A stretch of DNA of 43,926 nucleotides, from positions 1 to 43,926 of the IMG/VR virus record IMGVR_UViG_3300017589_000255; one strand, written 5' to 3'. Shown piece by piece: positions 1-9,950 of this stretch. Every line of letters starts with the position of its first letter. Position 1 is the stretch's first letter. A model generated the notes under the pieces. It searched no databases. It saw only the letters and a list, made by a program, of their open reading frames with translations, and had not been told where the DNA came from. This stretch comes from a virus (Duplodnaviria; Caudoviricetes). The translations under genes were made by a program, and so were the position numbers.

Positions 1-594
1 TTTTGCTGGACAAAATCCCTCCTCAAAAGAAAAACCGAGCAAATCACACACTTTCTGTGCGGTCTGCTCGGCTACTGATTCACCACGATATACCTTATAT
101 ATAGTGTTTATGTGAGTTGCTGTCTGTTGAGAAACAAAATGTCTTGTAAAGTCCTTTAGTTCCTCAAGAAGTTCAGAATTTGCAATAAATGCCAACCCTC
201 TACGATTGATATCCCCACCCATGTCCTTATACAATTCCATGAGGTGATGTGGCTGGAGATTATTCAGCCTTATATGCCCAATTGCCGGAATAATTCGTCT
301 GAGCATTGACCTGTATCGCTCATAGGTTTTGGGGGATAAATTTACTTCTGCGTAGTCCTCTCACCAGCGTTTTGCAAACTCTGCAAATGAAATATTTCCG
401 TCTAAGACTTGCCCAGATAGGACTTGTTTTTCAAAAAGAACAGCAACCTCATTTACAGCTTTTTCAATCTGTTTTTCTGTCATACCCTCCTCGGGCTTCC
501 AGTGCATGGTTTTGCGTAGCTGTTTTTCATTGACGTCATAGCCTGTACTGACCATAATCATGTACGAATTTTTGCGTTTTAATATTGATGCCAT
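1..594 (-). pseudogene. int: Tyrosine integrase, N-terminal part, with in-frame TGA at 361-363; truncated by the window edge
   Basis: MASILKRKNSYMIMVSTGYD arm-binding-like start. After FAKRW* the same frame stays open to base 1: EDYAEVNLSPKTYERYRSMLRRIIPAIGHIRLNNLQPHHLMELY (SAM-like core-binding domain). Confidence 0.85.
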
Positions 595-620
595 AATTAT
601 TCTCCTCTTTTAATAGTATA

Positions 621-657
621 GTAGTCATATGTTAACTCTGAAAGCTACAATTAGCAA
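621..657 (-). promoter_or_regulatory. Integrase promoter (TTGCTA-17-TAACAT) with motif AGAGTTAACATATGACTAC
   Basis: Sigma-A-like spacing; near-identical copy at 20147-20183. Confidence 0.6.
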
Positions 658-715
658 CCAAATTTTGATGTTTATCAAGGCATATATTCCACAAAGATTG
701 CTTGCTAATTTGGTA

Positions 716-961
716 CTATTTAAAGAAGTTCTTCAGCTGGGTTTTGTCTTTTTTTGTTGTTGAAACAGATTCATTTGGCTTTGTTCCTTTTAAAAATTCA
801 AAAAGCACATCAAGGTCGATAAGATATTTCTTCCCGATTTTCGTGCAAGGAACTTGCCCTGTCACAACCATTCTTCTCAAGGCATTCGGTGTGATAGCTG
901 TGTCGCTGTCAGTTTCTTTTATATAATTGTAAGTTTCTGTTAATGTTCTTAGTCTTGGCAT
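716..961 (-). CDS. Excisionase-like HTH DNA-binding protein
   Basis: 81 aa, basic, LRRMVVTGQVPCTKIGKKYLID pattern (HTH_17-like), next to integrase. Confidence 0.8.
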   Translation of the reverse strand: MPRLRTLTETYNYIKETDSDTAITPNALRRMVVTGQVPCTKIGKKYLIDLDVLFEFLKGTKPNESVSTTKKDKTQLKNFFK

Positions 962-962
962 G

Positions 963-1670
963 TTATTCCTCCTTTATATATCCATCAAATCCAGCTTGTC
1001 TTAATTTATTAAGCATACCTTCAGCATTAGCTTTAACTGAGTACGCTCCAACCTGAACCTTGTATAACTTTCCGGTAGAAACAGGAACTGGCTGTGGCAC
1101 TGGTGCAGCTTGCTTTTTTGCTACTCCAAAAGTCTTAACAATCCCAGTAACAATGGCTCTTGCTATTGCATCGTGGTTATCAATAATCCACCTTGCCGTA
1201 TTCGGATTATCGTGAAAGTCAGTTTCAACAAGAACAGAAACCATACCATTTTGCGTTGGCATTCTTATTTCACCATACCCTTGACCGTTGAATGCCACCA
1301 TACCGTTTACAATTGCACTACTGCGGTTTGATTTTATTGGACAAGCTGAGTTTAATTCTGCAACAAGATTGGTTGCAAAAGTCTTTGATGTAGCGTTGCT
1401 TGGGTGGTACAAAGCGATTGCACCGCTTGCTGTGGAACAGCCAGCATTTGAGTGGATTGCAAGATAAACATTACAACCGTTGTTTTTAGCCTCAACGGCC
1501 CTTGCATTTATGTCAGAATTAAGCGTTGCCATAACAGTTTCGCACATATATTCGCTATCAATAATTGCCTTGACTTTGTGAGCTACAGCCTCCATTTGTT
1601 CTTTTTCTGTTGTATTGCCAACACAATAACGGTTGGCTGGCTGATTGCTTGGTGATAAGTAAATTTTCAT
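963..1670 (-). CDS. Endolysin: N-acetylmuramoyl-L-alanine amidase (Amidase_3-like) with C-terminal SPOR domain
   Basis: LAIHSNA and VLVETDFHDN motifs; YKVQVGAYSVKANA SPOR motif. Confidence 0.9.
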   Translation of the reverse strand: MKIYLSPSNQPANRYCVGNTTEKEQMEAVAHKVKAIIDSEYMCETVMATLNSDINARAVEAKNNGCNVYLAIHSNAGCSTASGAIALYHPSNATSKTFATNLVAELNSACPIKSNRSSAIVNGMVAFNGQGYGEIRMPTQNGMVSVLVETDFHDNPNTARWIIDNHDAIARAIVTGIVKTFGVAKKQAAPVPQPVPVSTGKLYKVQVGAYSVKANAEGMLNKLRQAGFDGYIKEE

Positions 1671-2065
1671 TATTTTGTATCCTCCTTGTTATTCTCGTCA
1701 TTAAGTTGTGCCAAAATATCCTTAAGTTTTTGTGGTACAGGCAAGCCAATAATTGCGACATTCTCAATAATTGAAATGCCCTCGTTTGACAAATAAAAAA
1801 AGACAACTGCTGTTCTCACAACATTGCCTTCACCCAGTATTTTCGTATCAATTATGCTCCCAACTCCAACGAGCAGAAAAATCAGCACCTTTTTGCATAT
1901 TCCCTTAAATCCGACCTCGCTTGACAGCTTTTTCTGCGTTATTCCTACCATAACCCCGGTTATGTAGTCAATGACCACAAATGCAATTAACGCATACAAA
2001 AAGCCATCAACGCCTCCAACAAAGCTACCTATAAACCCACCAATAGCCGTTATGACTATCTGAAT
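1670..2065 (-). CDS. Phage holin (Phage_holin_4 type); start uncertain (ATT at 2065 or deleted ATG)
   Basis: DYITG...LSSEVGFKGICKK...NEGISIIEN motif. The frame extends upstream (IQIVITAIGGFIGSFVGGVDG) to RBS AAGGAGG with no in-frame ATG. Confidence 0.85.
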   Translation of the reverse strand: MQIVITAIGGFIGSFVGGVDGFLYALIAFVVIDYITGVMVGITQKKLSSEVGFKGICKKVLIFLLVGVGSIIDTKILGEGNVVRTAVVFFYLSNEGISIIENVAIIGLPVPQKLKDILAQLNDENNKEDTK

Positions 2066-2102
2066 CCACGACCTCCTTCTTTCTAAATAATTGTTACGCC
2101 AT

Positions 2103-3401
2103 TCAGCGTTTTGTTGCCAGTAATTTTATTAAATAATCTTTCAGTAACGGCTTACCCTTTCGTCCTGAACTGTCAACAGTGAACTCAGTGTAAAAGCCTT
2201 TGTTGCCAAGCGTGTGCTTAACCGAAGTAACCGTTCCGATGATGACATCATCTTCAACCATTTTAATTTCATCACCAATTACCATTTGAGGTGTAAACTT
2301 TGATGCAAATGTTTCAATCCTACCGGCATTCGAGATACTGGTAATAAGGTTATTTGCATACTCAGTCAGCTCTGCAAAGCTTGTTCCGTCGGGAACATTC
2401 ACATACAACGTCTTGTGCATTGGTGAAACCCATAACTTATGCGGTGGAAGTTCAAGTAAAAGCTTATTGCTAGGCTCTTTGCAAGAAACACAAAGTCTGT
2501 TGTAAGTCTGCTCATCAGAATATTCTGTGCTGTAATTAAAACAAGTTTTATCTCGTTCAAAAAGATAGATTGAAGCAACATCAAACCTTGCATCATCACT
2601 TCTTGAAATACCAACAACACCATCTGAGCTTTCTGCAATCTGCCAGTTATTTGAAAGCTTAATTAATTCAGTTATGCCGTCTAAGAGTGTAGTTTGTGGC
2701 TCAAAAGATAAGCTCCAAGCCTTGCCACTATCACCAACAAAATAATCTTCAATTTCAGCAAGCTTTAAAATATCCTCAAGGTTCTCCTGTAACGACCCTT
2801 TATTAAAGGTATAGCTTTCATCAAAAGTTTGCTCTTTGAGTAACTTCCCGATAGAATTGCGAGCAGAAACCGACAGATTGTTTTCTGGGATTGAGGTTGA
2901 AACCCTGTCCACAAAAAACTGTCCAATTGAGATTTCATCACTGTCACCAAAGGAAATGTAGAATTCAAGCTTTGCGTTTGGTGCAACAATTGAGCGACTT
3001 CTTTTGAGCAAAAAGCCGTTAATATTCTGCAAGTTTACGCTTGCGGAAGTCACTGGTGTGTCCTTTGAAATAGAAATACTTCCGTCAAGAACTGTGTGCG
3101 AAATGTCAACAGGGAGCATATACATAACAAATTTGTGATTGCCAGCACTACTCCAAAAGCCGTAGCCACCGTAATGTGCTACCTTTTTAAGCTGAGGGTA
3201 TGAAACATTTTCATCAGGTGACATTCGCCCCTTGTCTTTCCAAGATAAATTATCATAAAGTCCAAGTTCAGGAAAGGTAACTTTACCACAAACATCATTA
3301 TTATTTAAATAAATCACTCTGAAACCATTATCCATCATGTGCAGAACCTGTGGCGAACTACCTGTGCCTAGATTATTTGTGTATTCAAATTCTAAAATCA
3401 T
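2103..3401 (-). CDS. Tail protein (baseplate hub / Tal-like)
   Basis: Position in tail module; likely start MILEFEY at 3401 directly after the upstream stop; C-terminal GTVTSVKHTLG..GFYTEFTV hub-like end. Confidence 0.65.
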   Translation of the reverse strand: MILEFEYTNNLGTGSSPQVLHMMDNGFRVIYLNNNDVCGKVTFPELGLYDNLSWKDKGRMSPDENVSYPQLKKVAHYGGYGFWSSAGNHKFVMYMLPVDISHTVLDGSISISKDTPVTSASVNLQNINGFLLKRSRSIVAPNAKLEFYISFGDSDEISIGQFFVDRVSTSIPENNLSVSARNSIGKLLKEQTFDESYTFNKGSLQENLEDILKLAEIEDYFVGDSGKAWSLSFEPQTTLLDGITELIKLSNNWQIAESSDGVVGISRSDDARFDVASIYLFERDKTCFNYSTEYSDEQTYNRLCVSCKEPSNKLLLELPPHKLWVSPMHKTLYVNVPDGTSFAELTEYANNLITSISNAGRIETFASKFTPQMVIGDEIKMVEDDVIIGTVTSVKHTLGNKGFYTEFTVDSSGRKGKPLLKDYLIKLLATKR

Positions 3402-3402
3402 A

Positions 3403-4914
3403 TTAACTCCCGCGTTCAAATTGCACACTAAAACCAAAATCAAGCACCCAATTTTCATTCTTAATAGGTCTGTCAATTTTGCAGTCCATTTCAATTGTCG
3501 CTCCGTTTGGTGGTGGGGTTGTAAAAACAATCCCTGGAGTTGTGTACCCAAGCAATAAATTCGGACAAGTTCCTGCGCCAACACCAGCAGAGGCAATTGC
3601 ATAAAACCTCCAGTATCTAGCCGTTATAGTTTCAAAGCTGATGTTATCGGTTGCTGTGTACATACTGGAATAACTCTTGTTTATCACTTGATTCCACGCA
3701 ACTCCGTCAGTTGAATACTCAAGTTTAAGGGTAATCGCACTACTTCCTCCACTGTAATTCGGAGAAAAACAAGCCGGGAACTTAAATCTGTTGATTTTAA
3801 CATCTTTCCTAAAATCCAAAACAATAGGGGTACTTCCATTTGCACCTCGACTAGGATTTTTTACAACAGCATTCCAACCAAAAAAGTCACATCGATTATA
3901 ATTTGCGTTATTCCCTCCACTAACATCAAAATTATTGCTATCAGAACTAATAAACAACTCAGGATACTCGGCAGAATTGTTTTCATAATCAAAGGTATAG
4001 TCAACATTTCGTGTTTGAGTAACGCCATTTACTCTGATAACCTCACTGTTTTCCATAACCTTTGGAATAGGGCAATTAAACTCAAGCTTTTGCCCATCAC
4101 CTGTTCCGACCGCCATATTAGTTAAAGTAATTTGAGGGAAAATATCAGCATTTGGTAACTTCCATGCTGCATAATTTGGAGAACCGATTGAACTGATTAT
4201 ATGTCCGTTAGCCTCGTTATAGTTCCAACGTGTAACAGCAAAGTTCCACTTTTTATTTGCATAATCACCCGACGGATAAATATTTGTTTTTGTAGAAATA
4301 GCTTTGATTGCTAACTCGTCGGCTGTTTGAATTGTGTCATAAGCACCTATTACCAAGGTTGTAGCCAAATATGTGTCCTCTAAAACTGCTGAGATTATCG
4401 CATTATTCGCAGGTGCCGGCAGAAAATATGCCTCGTCATTTTGGCTCATTGTTAAATAAAAAGTCGAGTAAATTGTTATGACATCTGTGTCGGTTTTTTC
4501 TATAGCAATCTGATTGCCCTCACTGTCCTTGAGCATTGAATGCGTTACAAGGTCAGTGGCATATTGGCTTGCGCCAAGTCCGACTTCAGTTATTTTTGCG
4601 CCGACAAAATTTGACGGGGATAAGACTATTGAGCGTTTTATATAGCTTACTGGATAAGCTTTTTGTGTTTCCACAACCGATGTGGCCTTTGCACCCAAAA
4701 AAGTAAAAAGCTGAGTTCTTGTAACAACAGGCGTTCCAGTTCCTGTGCCAACATGAATGTATAACATTTTCTTTTGATTAGTCATAAGAAAGTTAAAAAA
4801 CTTATCCAAAACAATGTTGTAGGAAACAGCTTTTTGCTTGAGCTCGTTTGTCTTACTATCCCTCACCTCAATGTCAAAACGGTTGTGTATGATGGGCTTG
4901 ATTATTTTCTCCAT
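3403..4914 (-). CDS. Tail fibre / receptor-binding-like protein with discoidin (F5/8 type C)-like insert
   Basis: LEYSTDGVAWN...ITARYWRFY motif; GTGDG repeat; tail module position. Confidence 0.6.
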   Translation of the reverse strand: MEKIIKPIIHNRFDIEVRDSKTNELKQKAVSYNIVLDKFFNFLMTNQKKMLYIHVGTGTGTPVVTRTQLFTFLGAKATSVVETQKAYPVSYIKRSIVLSPSNFVGAKITEVGLGASQYATDLVTHSMLKDSEGNQIAIEKTDTDVITIYSTFYLTMSQNDEAYFLPAPANNAIISAVLEDTYLATTLVIGAYDTIQTADELAIKAISTKTNIYPSGDYANKKWNFAVTRWNYNEANGHIISSIGSPNYAAWKLPNADIFPQITLTNMAVGTGDGQKLEFNCPIPKVMENSEVIRVNGVTQTRNVDYTFDYENNSAEYPELFISSDSNNFDVSGGNNANYNRCDFFGWNAVVKNPSRGANGSTPIVLDFRKDVKINRFKFPACFSPNYSGGSSAITLKLEYSTDGVAWNQVINKSYSSMYTATDNISFETITARYWRFYAIASAGVGAGTCPNLLLGYTTPGIVFTTPPPNGATIEMDCKIDRPIKNENWVLDFGFSVQFERGS

Positions 4915-4927
4915 TTAATACTCCTTC

Positions 4928-6298
4928 CTATATTGGTAAAGAACCTACTTGCTTTGCTGAAACCGAGCATACTAGCGTTGCTACCAAACTTAAATTTTCA
5001 ACGTAAAAATTAGTTGAATAAATCACTTGCTTATTTTCAAGCTTTTCAACTGAATAATTTACCCTAATTGATGGCTTGTCATCTTCAATAGCCTCCGGTG
5101 CGAACCTTGCTGTAAATGTTGGAACAAGCAAAAATGATGTTTCATTGCCTAAATATCGTAAACTACTGTTTGCTAATAAGGAAATTTCGACTGTCATGTT
5201 TTTCGATATGGCTTTTACAGTTTTAACTGTTATTTTTTTATCGCTTACAACTATTTCAGATATTTCTGTTTGAGGTGAAATACTTAATAACTTATCAAGA
5301 GAGTTCTTCTTAAAAAGGCTGTAATTCAAGGTAATTTCAAAAGTCTGTGGGTCAATTCGTTTTGTAGCCATAACTTTAAATTCAGGCTTTTGTTTGTAAT
5401 ATTCAATTGCACAATCATTTGTCGGCACAAAGCTTGTTGTACTTTCATCTGCCACAAATGCCGATAAATACTGGATTGGAGTATATATTATCTCACAACC
5501 TGCAATCTCAGAATACACTGATTCAGGGCGAACACTCTGACCGGCATAGGTTCTTTTTGAAAGTGTGTATCTGATTTCGCCAGTATTTTCAGTTATGAAA
5601 CCTACCCTAAAATCGTTGGTTCTAAAAACGCAAAGTGTTGTATTTCCTGTTCCTAAAGCAGTGACCTCACGTTCAGTTTCCCAAAGTGAAATTCCATCTT
5701 GACCGGTGCAAAAAACTCTGTAATATACAATCCCACCTTTTACGTAACTAATAATAAGTCCTTGGTCGAGGGTTAAATCATCACTTGATTGCCATGCTCT
5801 ACACGCTGAAATTTGTGTTACTCCTGTTGCAAGCTGTAATTTGGTAGTACTATCATTCCAGTATTGAACCCACAAAATATTGCTGTTATCCACATAAAAA
5901 ACATAAGGGTACTCCTCTGTCTTGAGGTAGTACCACTTTTTCTTTGAATCCAAAGTCCATATTCCGTTGTATTCGATTGCTACTTCTTTTGCAGAGCCAA
6001 TCTCCCATTGCTTTATCCACGGCTTTTCAAAATCTGTCGGGAAGTTACGTTTATACACGTTTGCAATTCCAGAATCAATGCAGATTGCGTATGCAATTGA
6101 CGGAGTTTTTTCGCCCTCAAGCTGACGGATTGTAACATCGCCAAAGTTAGGTGGAATACCTTTATGAATATCCTCTGAAATAAGTGTATTCATACTTGCT
6201 TGAGTGGCAATCAGCCTTAAATTCGGCTTTGCATTTGTGCTGTCTGCCTGAATATTTTGAAGTAGCTTTTCTTTCAGATTTTGTGGAAGTATCCTCAT
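4928..6298 (-). CDS. Phage tail structural protein
   Basis: 456-aa ORF coupled to neighbours in tail module. Confidence 0.6.
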   Translation of the reverse strand: MRILPQNLKEKLLQNIQADSTNAKPNLRLIATQASMNTLISEDIHKGIPPNFGDVTIRQLEGEKTPSIAYAICIDSGIANVYKRNFPTDFEKPWIKQWEIGSAKEVAIEYNGIWTLDSKKKWYYLKTEEYPYVFYVDNSNILWVQYWNDSTTKLQLATGVTQISACRAWQSSDDLTLDQGLIISYVKGGIVYYRVFCTGQDGISLWETEREVTALGTGNTTLCVFRTNDFRVGFITENTGEIRYTLSKRTYAGQSVRPESVYSEIAGCEIIYTPIQYLSAFVADESTTSFVPTNDCAIEYYKQKPEFKVMATKRIDPQTFEITLNYSLFKKNSLDKLLSISPQTEISEIVVSDKKITVKTVKAISKNMTVEISLLANSSLRYLGNETSFLLVPTFTARFAPEAIEDDKPSIRVNYSVEKLENKQVIYSTNFYVENLSLVATLVCSVSAKQVGSLPI

Positions 6299-6633
6299 TC
6301 TTCTACCTCTTTTGAAAGGGTGATTACAGTTTTATAGTAATTTCTAGTGACGTTATCAAAATCTTTGAGAGATGTTATTCTCCCAAAAAACACACCTTTT
6401 TCAAGCTCTGCCTTTAAAAGCGAGGACTTATCCTCTGCATACATAAGCTTTTCTTTTCCAATCTCGTCGACATAGGCTGTAATTTCATAACTAATATTTG
6501 GTTGACCTATCCTTTGAATGTGCGTCGCACCATCAAGAGTTTTCTGAATTGTTTTTGTTACTTCTTGCTTTGGAAGAATGCTTATAAATGATGTGATTTC
6601 TTCATTTGTATCCATATTTAAAAGAACAGCCAC
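6295..6633 (-). CDS. Small tail protein (distal-tail position)
   Basis: Directly downstream of tape measure with overlapping start/stop. Confidence 0.55.
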   Translation of the reverse strand: MAVLLNMDTNEEITSFISILPKQEVTKTIQKTLDGATHIQRIGQPNISYEITAYVDEIGKEKLMYAEDKSSLLKAELEKGVFFGRITSLKDFDNVTRNYYKTVITLSKEVEE

Positions 6634-8699
6634 TATACACGCACTTCCTTTCGAAGTTCCCCGATGATAATATCAACAATTCCAGATAGAGTTCCACTGT
6701 CATTTACACCCTCTACACGAATAACACCTGTATGGTTGATAGTATTTGAATTTCTGCCAGCACCAGTTACGTTTGCATTCACATCAAAGTTTGTAGGAAT
6801 TGCATTTTTCATATCCCTCTCAACCACGTTCATGGCATCGGTGAACCCTACACCAAGCCCAGCGCCCATATTTGAGCCAATACCAGCAAAGACAGTTGAA
6901 GGTGAGTGTATTCCAAGAAAATCTTTTGCTCCGTCAACAATTCCTCCAAAAAATCCTGAAACATTGTCTGAAATCCAAGTACCCATTGACTTTATGCCCT
7001 CCCACAAACCTTTGACAATGTCAACTCCGATTTGTGTTACCGATGCAACAGCTGAGCCAAGTCCTGTGAGCAGTGCTGAAATAATCTGTGGAAGATTGTT
7101 TGTCATAAAGTCAATTATCGTTGTAATTAATTGAGGCAATGCATCAATTAGCAGAGGCAAGGCATTTAGTAGTCCTGTTGCAAGTCCCTCAATAATGGCA
7201 AAGGCGGCTGCAAGAATTTTGTCCATGTTATTTAGTAGAATTTGAACAATCAAAATTATCGCTTCAATTATTGATGGGATTAATTCTGGAAGTGCCTCGG
7301 CTAGCCCATCTGCGAGGGCAATAACCATTTGAACTGCAGCCTCAATCAGCATGGGGAGGTTATCAATCAGCGCATCAACAATCGTGATTAGTGCTTCAAC
7401 CGCCGCTGGAATAAGCTCCGGCAAAAGGCTTATTATTGTTTCTAGTACTTGCGCGAATAGGTTGGTTACAGTTTTAAGTAGCATTGGCAAGAGGTCGCCA
7501 ATTGCTGATAAAATTGCGCCTGTGACGGTCGGCAAAGCTGAAACAATGTTTTCAAGCACTGGCACAATATTTTTAACCACCGACTGAAAAGCATCCACAA
7601 GGTTTTCCGTTAAATTTGTCATATCTGCGTTTGAGTTACCAAGTCCGGCTGTAAAAGAGCCTAGTGCCGCTTGCAAAAGTCCGATAGAACCTGAAATTGT
7701 TTGTGTACTCTCTCTTGCAAAGTTACCCGCATATTGCTCTGTGCTTTCAAAAAACATCTGCATGGCGATTTCTGCTTTTTGCGCCTGAGTAGCTGAATTC
7801 CAAGTGAAATCCAACCCTTTTGAAAGAGCGTAGGCTTGAATATTTGTAGCATTCATCGCAGCACCCAAGTTGTCCATCATTGTGAAATTACCCTTAGCAG
7901 CACCCGTGACCGCCTCCATTGCGGAGGACATATCAATTCCCATAACTGACGCCATATCAGCGGCTCGTTGCATAGCTTTTTCGGTAAGCTCTAATGATTT
8001 TTCTTGTTCAATACCGGAACCTTGAAAAAGTGCTCCCATTTTATTGGCGGTTGCGAGATAATCACTTTGCGATACACCGAGGTTTTTATACGCTTCTTCA
8101 CCTGTTTTTTGAATTGAAGAAGCATATTGTCCGAATACAGCTTCCGAGCCACCAAGGTTTTGCTCCAGCTCACCAAATTGCTGAACGACTTCTTTTCCGA
8201 GCTTAATAGCAGCTGCACCAGCGGCAACGGCGACAGCGCCCATTGCTACTCCGACACCTTTGAGGATACCACCAAGCTTTTCAAACTTTGAGCCTGATTT
8301 CTCGGCAGCATTAGCTGATTCTGTAATCTCATCACCGAGGTCGTCAGCAGCCTGTGCCGACTGAGTAAGCTCACGTTCCATTCCGTTGAGTTCAGCTTTT
8401 GCTTTGTTAAGCTGAATTTGCCAGTTTTGTGTACGCTTATCGTTCTCGCCAAAGGATTTGCTTGCATTTTCAAGTGCTTTTTTGAGTGTATCAATCTTGT
8501 TTTTCTGCTCGTCAATCTCTTTGTTTAAAACCTTGTTTCGTGCAGTTAGAGCCTCAATGGATTTATCCTGCTTGTCAAACTGGCTTGAAACTAAATTCAT
8601 TTCAGAGCCGAGAACCTTGAAAGATTGATTGATATCTTTGAGGGCATTTTTGAAGTCTTTTTCTCCTTCAATGCCTATGCGTAAGCCGAAGTCGGGCAT
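6633..8699 (-). CDS. Tail tape measure protein
   Basis: FGLRIGIEGEKDFK start, coiled coil, 11-residue amphipathic LP..I repeats, FLGIHSPSTVF motif. Confidence 0.9.
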   Translation of the reverse strand: MPDFGLRIGIEGEKDFKNALKDINQSFKVLGSEMNLVSSQFDKQDKSIEALTARNKVLNKEIDEQKNKIDTLKKALENASKSFGENDKRTQNWQIQLNKAKAELNGMERELTQSAQAADDLGDEITESANAAEKSGSKFEKLGGILKGVGVAMGAVAVAAGAAAIKLGKEVVQQFGELEQNLGGSEAVFGQYASSIQKTGEEAYKNLGVSQSDYLATANKMGALFQGSGIEQEKSLELTEKAMQRAADMASVMGIDMSSAMEAVTGAAKGNFTMMDNLGAAMNATNIQAYALSKGLDFTWNSATQAQKAEIAMQMFFESTEQYAGNFARESTQTISGSIGLLQAALGSFTAGLGNSNADMTNLTENLVDAFQSVVKNIVPVLENIVSALPTVTGAILSAIGDLLPMLLKTVTNLFAQVLETIISLLPELIPAAVEALITIVDALIDNLPMLIEAAVQMVIALADGLAEALPELIPSIIEAIILIVQILLNNMDKILAAAFAIIEGLATGLLNALPLLIDALPQLITTIIDFMTNNLPQIISALLTGLGSAVASVTQIGVDIVKGLWEGIKSMGTWISDNVSGFFGGIVDGAKDFLGIHSPSTVFAGIGSNMGAGLGVGFTDAMNVVERDMKNAIPTNFDVNANVTGAGRNSNTINHTGVIRVEGVNDSGTLSGIVDIIIGELRKEVRV

Positions 8700-8730
8700 G
8701 GTGGGTCACCTCCTTGCTTTTGGGGATAAG

Positions 8731-8760
8731 AAAAGACACTCTCACGAGTGAGAATGTCTT
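8731..8760 (-). terminator. Intrinsic terminator after the toxin-antitoxin pair
   Basis: AAGACATTCTCAC/GTGAGAGTGTCTT stem followed by a T-rich run on minus strand. Confidence 0.7.
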
Positions 8761-8765
8761 AATAA

Positions 8766-9059
8766 TTATATACTAAAATTTGTCTTACCATTAATAATTG
8801 CGTGGATTTCAACAGTACCTTCGTTAACTATATAAAACACAAGGTAGTTATCAACAGTGAGTTTTCGGTAAGTTAAATCAGATGCAGAGGTTTTATATTC
8901 TTCATACATAAAAGGGTGATTTTCAAGATTTTTTATTTTTTCAATTATTTTATCATACTGTTTCAGGGCAGTGCTAGGATAAAATCTTGATAAATATTCA
9001 ATGATTTCCATTAAATCTTCTCGAGCACTTTTCAACATTTGAATTTTAAATTCTTTCAA
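8766..9059 (-). CDS. Type II toxin, RelE/ParE family
   Basis: SAREDLMEIIEYL...LENHPFM...YRKLTVDNYLVFY pattern; overlaps antitoxin. Confidence 0.85.
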   Translation of the reverse strand: MKEFKIQMLKSAREDLMEIIEYLSRFYPSTALKQYDKIIEKIKNLENHPFMYEEYKTSASDLTYRKLTVDNYLVFYIVNEGTVEIHAIINGKTNFSI

Positions 9060-9318
9060 TGAGTTTTTCCCTCAATTCTTTTGCAACCTCATCAAAGGAA
9101 TATCTTTCGTCAGAAGCTTTTGCCTCGATTGAAGCGTTTTTCAGCTTATTAAAAATATAGCTCTCTGAAACCAAGTTTTCATAAGCTTCAATGCTCATCA
9201 CAACCATATCTCCATATCCGTTTTTAGTCAGAAACACTGGTTCTAATTTCTCGTGAACAGTTCTTGATATTTCAGTAAAATTATTTCGCAGTTCTGAAAC
9301 CGGTCTAATTTGTGGCAT
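9046..9318 (-). CDS. Type II antitoxin, Phd/YefM family
   Basis: IRPVSELRNNF...EPVFLTKNGYGDMVVMSIEAYE signature. Confidence 0.9.
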   Translation of the reverse strand: MPQIRPVSELRNNFTEISRTVHEKLEPVFLTKNGYGDMVVMSIEAYENLVSESYIFNKLKNASIEAKASDERYSFDEVAKELREKLIERI

Positions 9319-9345
9319 AATCTCACCCCTTATTTATTATACCAC

Positions 9346-9371
9346 TATTTTATCATAATTATGATAAAATA
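9346..9371. promoter_or_regulatory. Toxin-antitoxin operator/promoter: perfect 26-bp palindrome
   Basis: TATTTTATCATAATTATGATAAAATA overlaps TTGATA-17-TAAAAT on the minus strand. Confidence 0.75.
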
Positions 9372-9384
9372 TCAACACTTATTT

Positions 9385-9588
9385 TTAAATAGGAACAACC
9401 TCATCAATACTAACCTCTCTTTTCGCCTTTTCAACCCCTACAAATTGCTTGTGACAAGTCCATAAATCAAGTAGCTTTCCTATGGGCATTAACCACACTT
9501 CATTTTCAGAACGGTTTAACTGAGCAGTCCCATAATAAATAAGTCGGGTAAAGAGTTCAACATCCTCTACCCGACTTGTGTGTTTTTT
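9385..9588 (-). CDS. -1 frameshift extension of tail assembly chaperone (gpGT-like)
   Basis: Slippery A AAA AAC at 9582-9588, 3' hairpin at 9541-9577, open -1 frame ...ELFTRLIYYGTAQLNRSENEVWLMPIGKLLDLW...VVPI*. Confidence 0.8.
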   Translation of the reverse strand, partial: KKHTSRVEDVELFTRLIYYGTAQLNRSENEVWLMPIGKLLDLWTCHKQFVGVEKAKREVSIDEVVPI

Positions 9589-9950
9589 AAGCTTTCATCC
9601 GATTCACTTTCAATATTTCGCTTTGTCCCTTTAAACATTGCCTCTGTTATTGCTGTTTTATAGGTAGCAAGCTCAAGTGGAGAGGTTAAAAGCTCCACTT
9701 CTTCTGTGAGCAAAGGCTTTTTATCACCATTTTGCAGATTATCAATCATAATTCCTTGATTTGCCAAAAGTGTAATCAGCCAAACAACCTCATCAAGTGT
9801 CTCTTCAAAATTTTCAGACTTCATCAGCTTATCACCGAGATTTGAAAGCCCTCCATAACGCTTAGCTATTTCCTTTGTGGCTTTTGTGGTGAGAACAAGT
9901 GAATATTCTGTTCCACCAATTGAAATTTGCGAACATCTGTCGTTATCCAT
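9567..9950 (-). CDS. Tail assembly chaperone (gpG-like)
   Basis: Between major tail protein and tape measure; ends in slippery LKN. Confidence 0.8.
   Translation of the reverse strand: MDNDRCSQISIGGTEYSLVLTTKATKEIAKRYGGLSNLGDKLMKSENFEETLDEVVWLITLLANQGIMIDNLQNGDKKPLLTEEVELLTSPLELATYKTAITEAMFKGTKRNIESESDESLKNTQVG

Noticed and set aside
2103-6298. Diversity-generating retroelement or invertible tail-fibre cassette
   Set aside because: No reverse transcriptase, no TR/VR repeat pair and no invertase or duplicated fibre ends seen.
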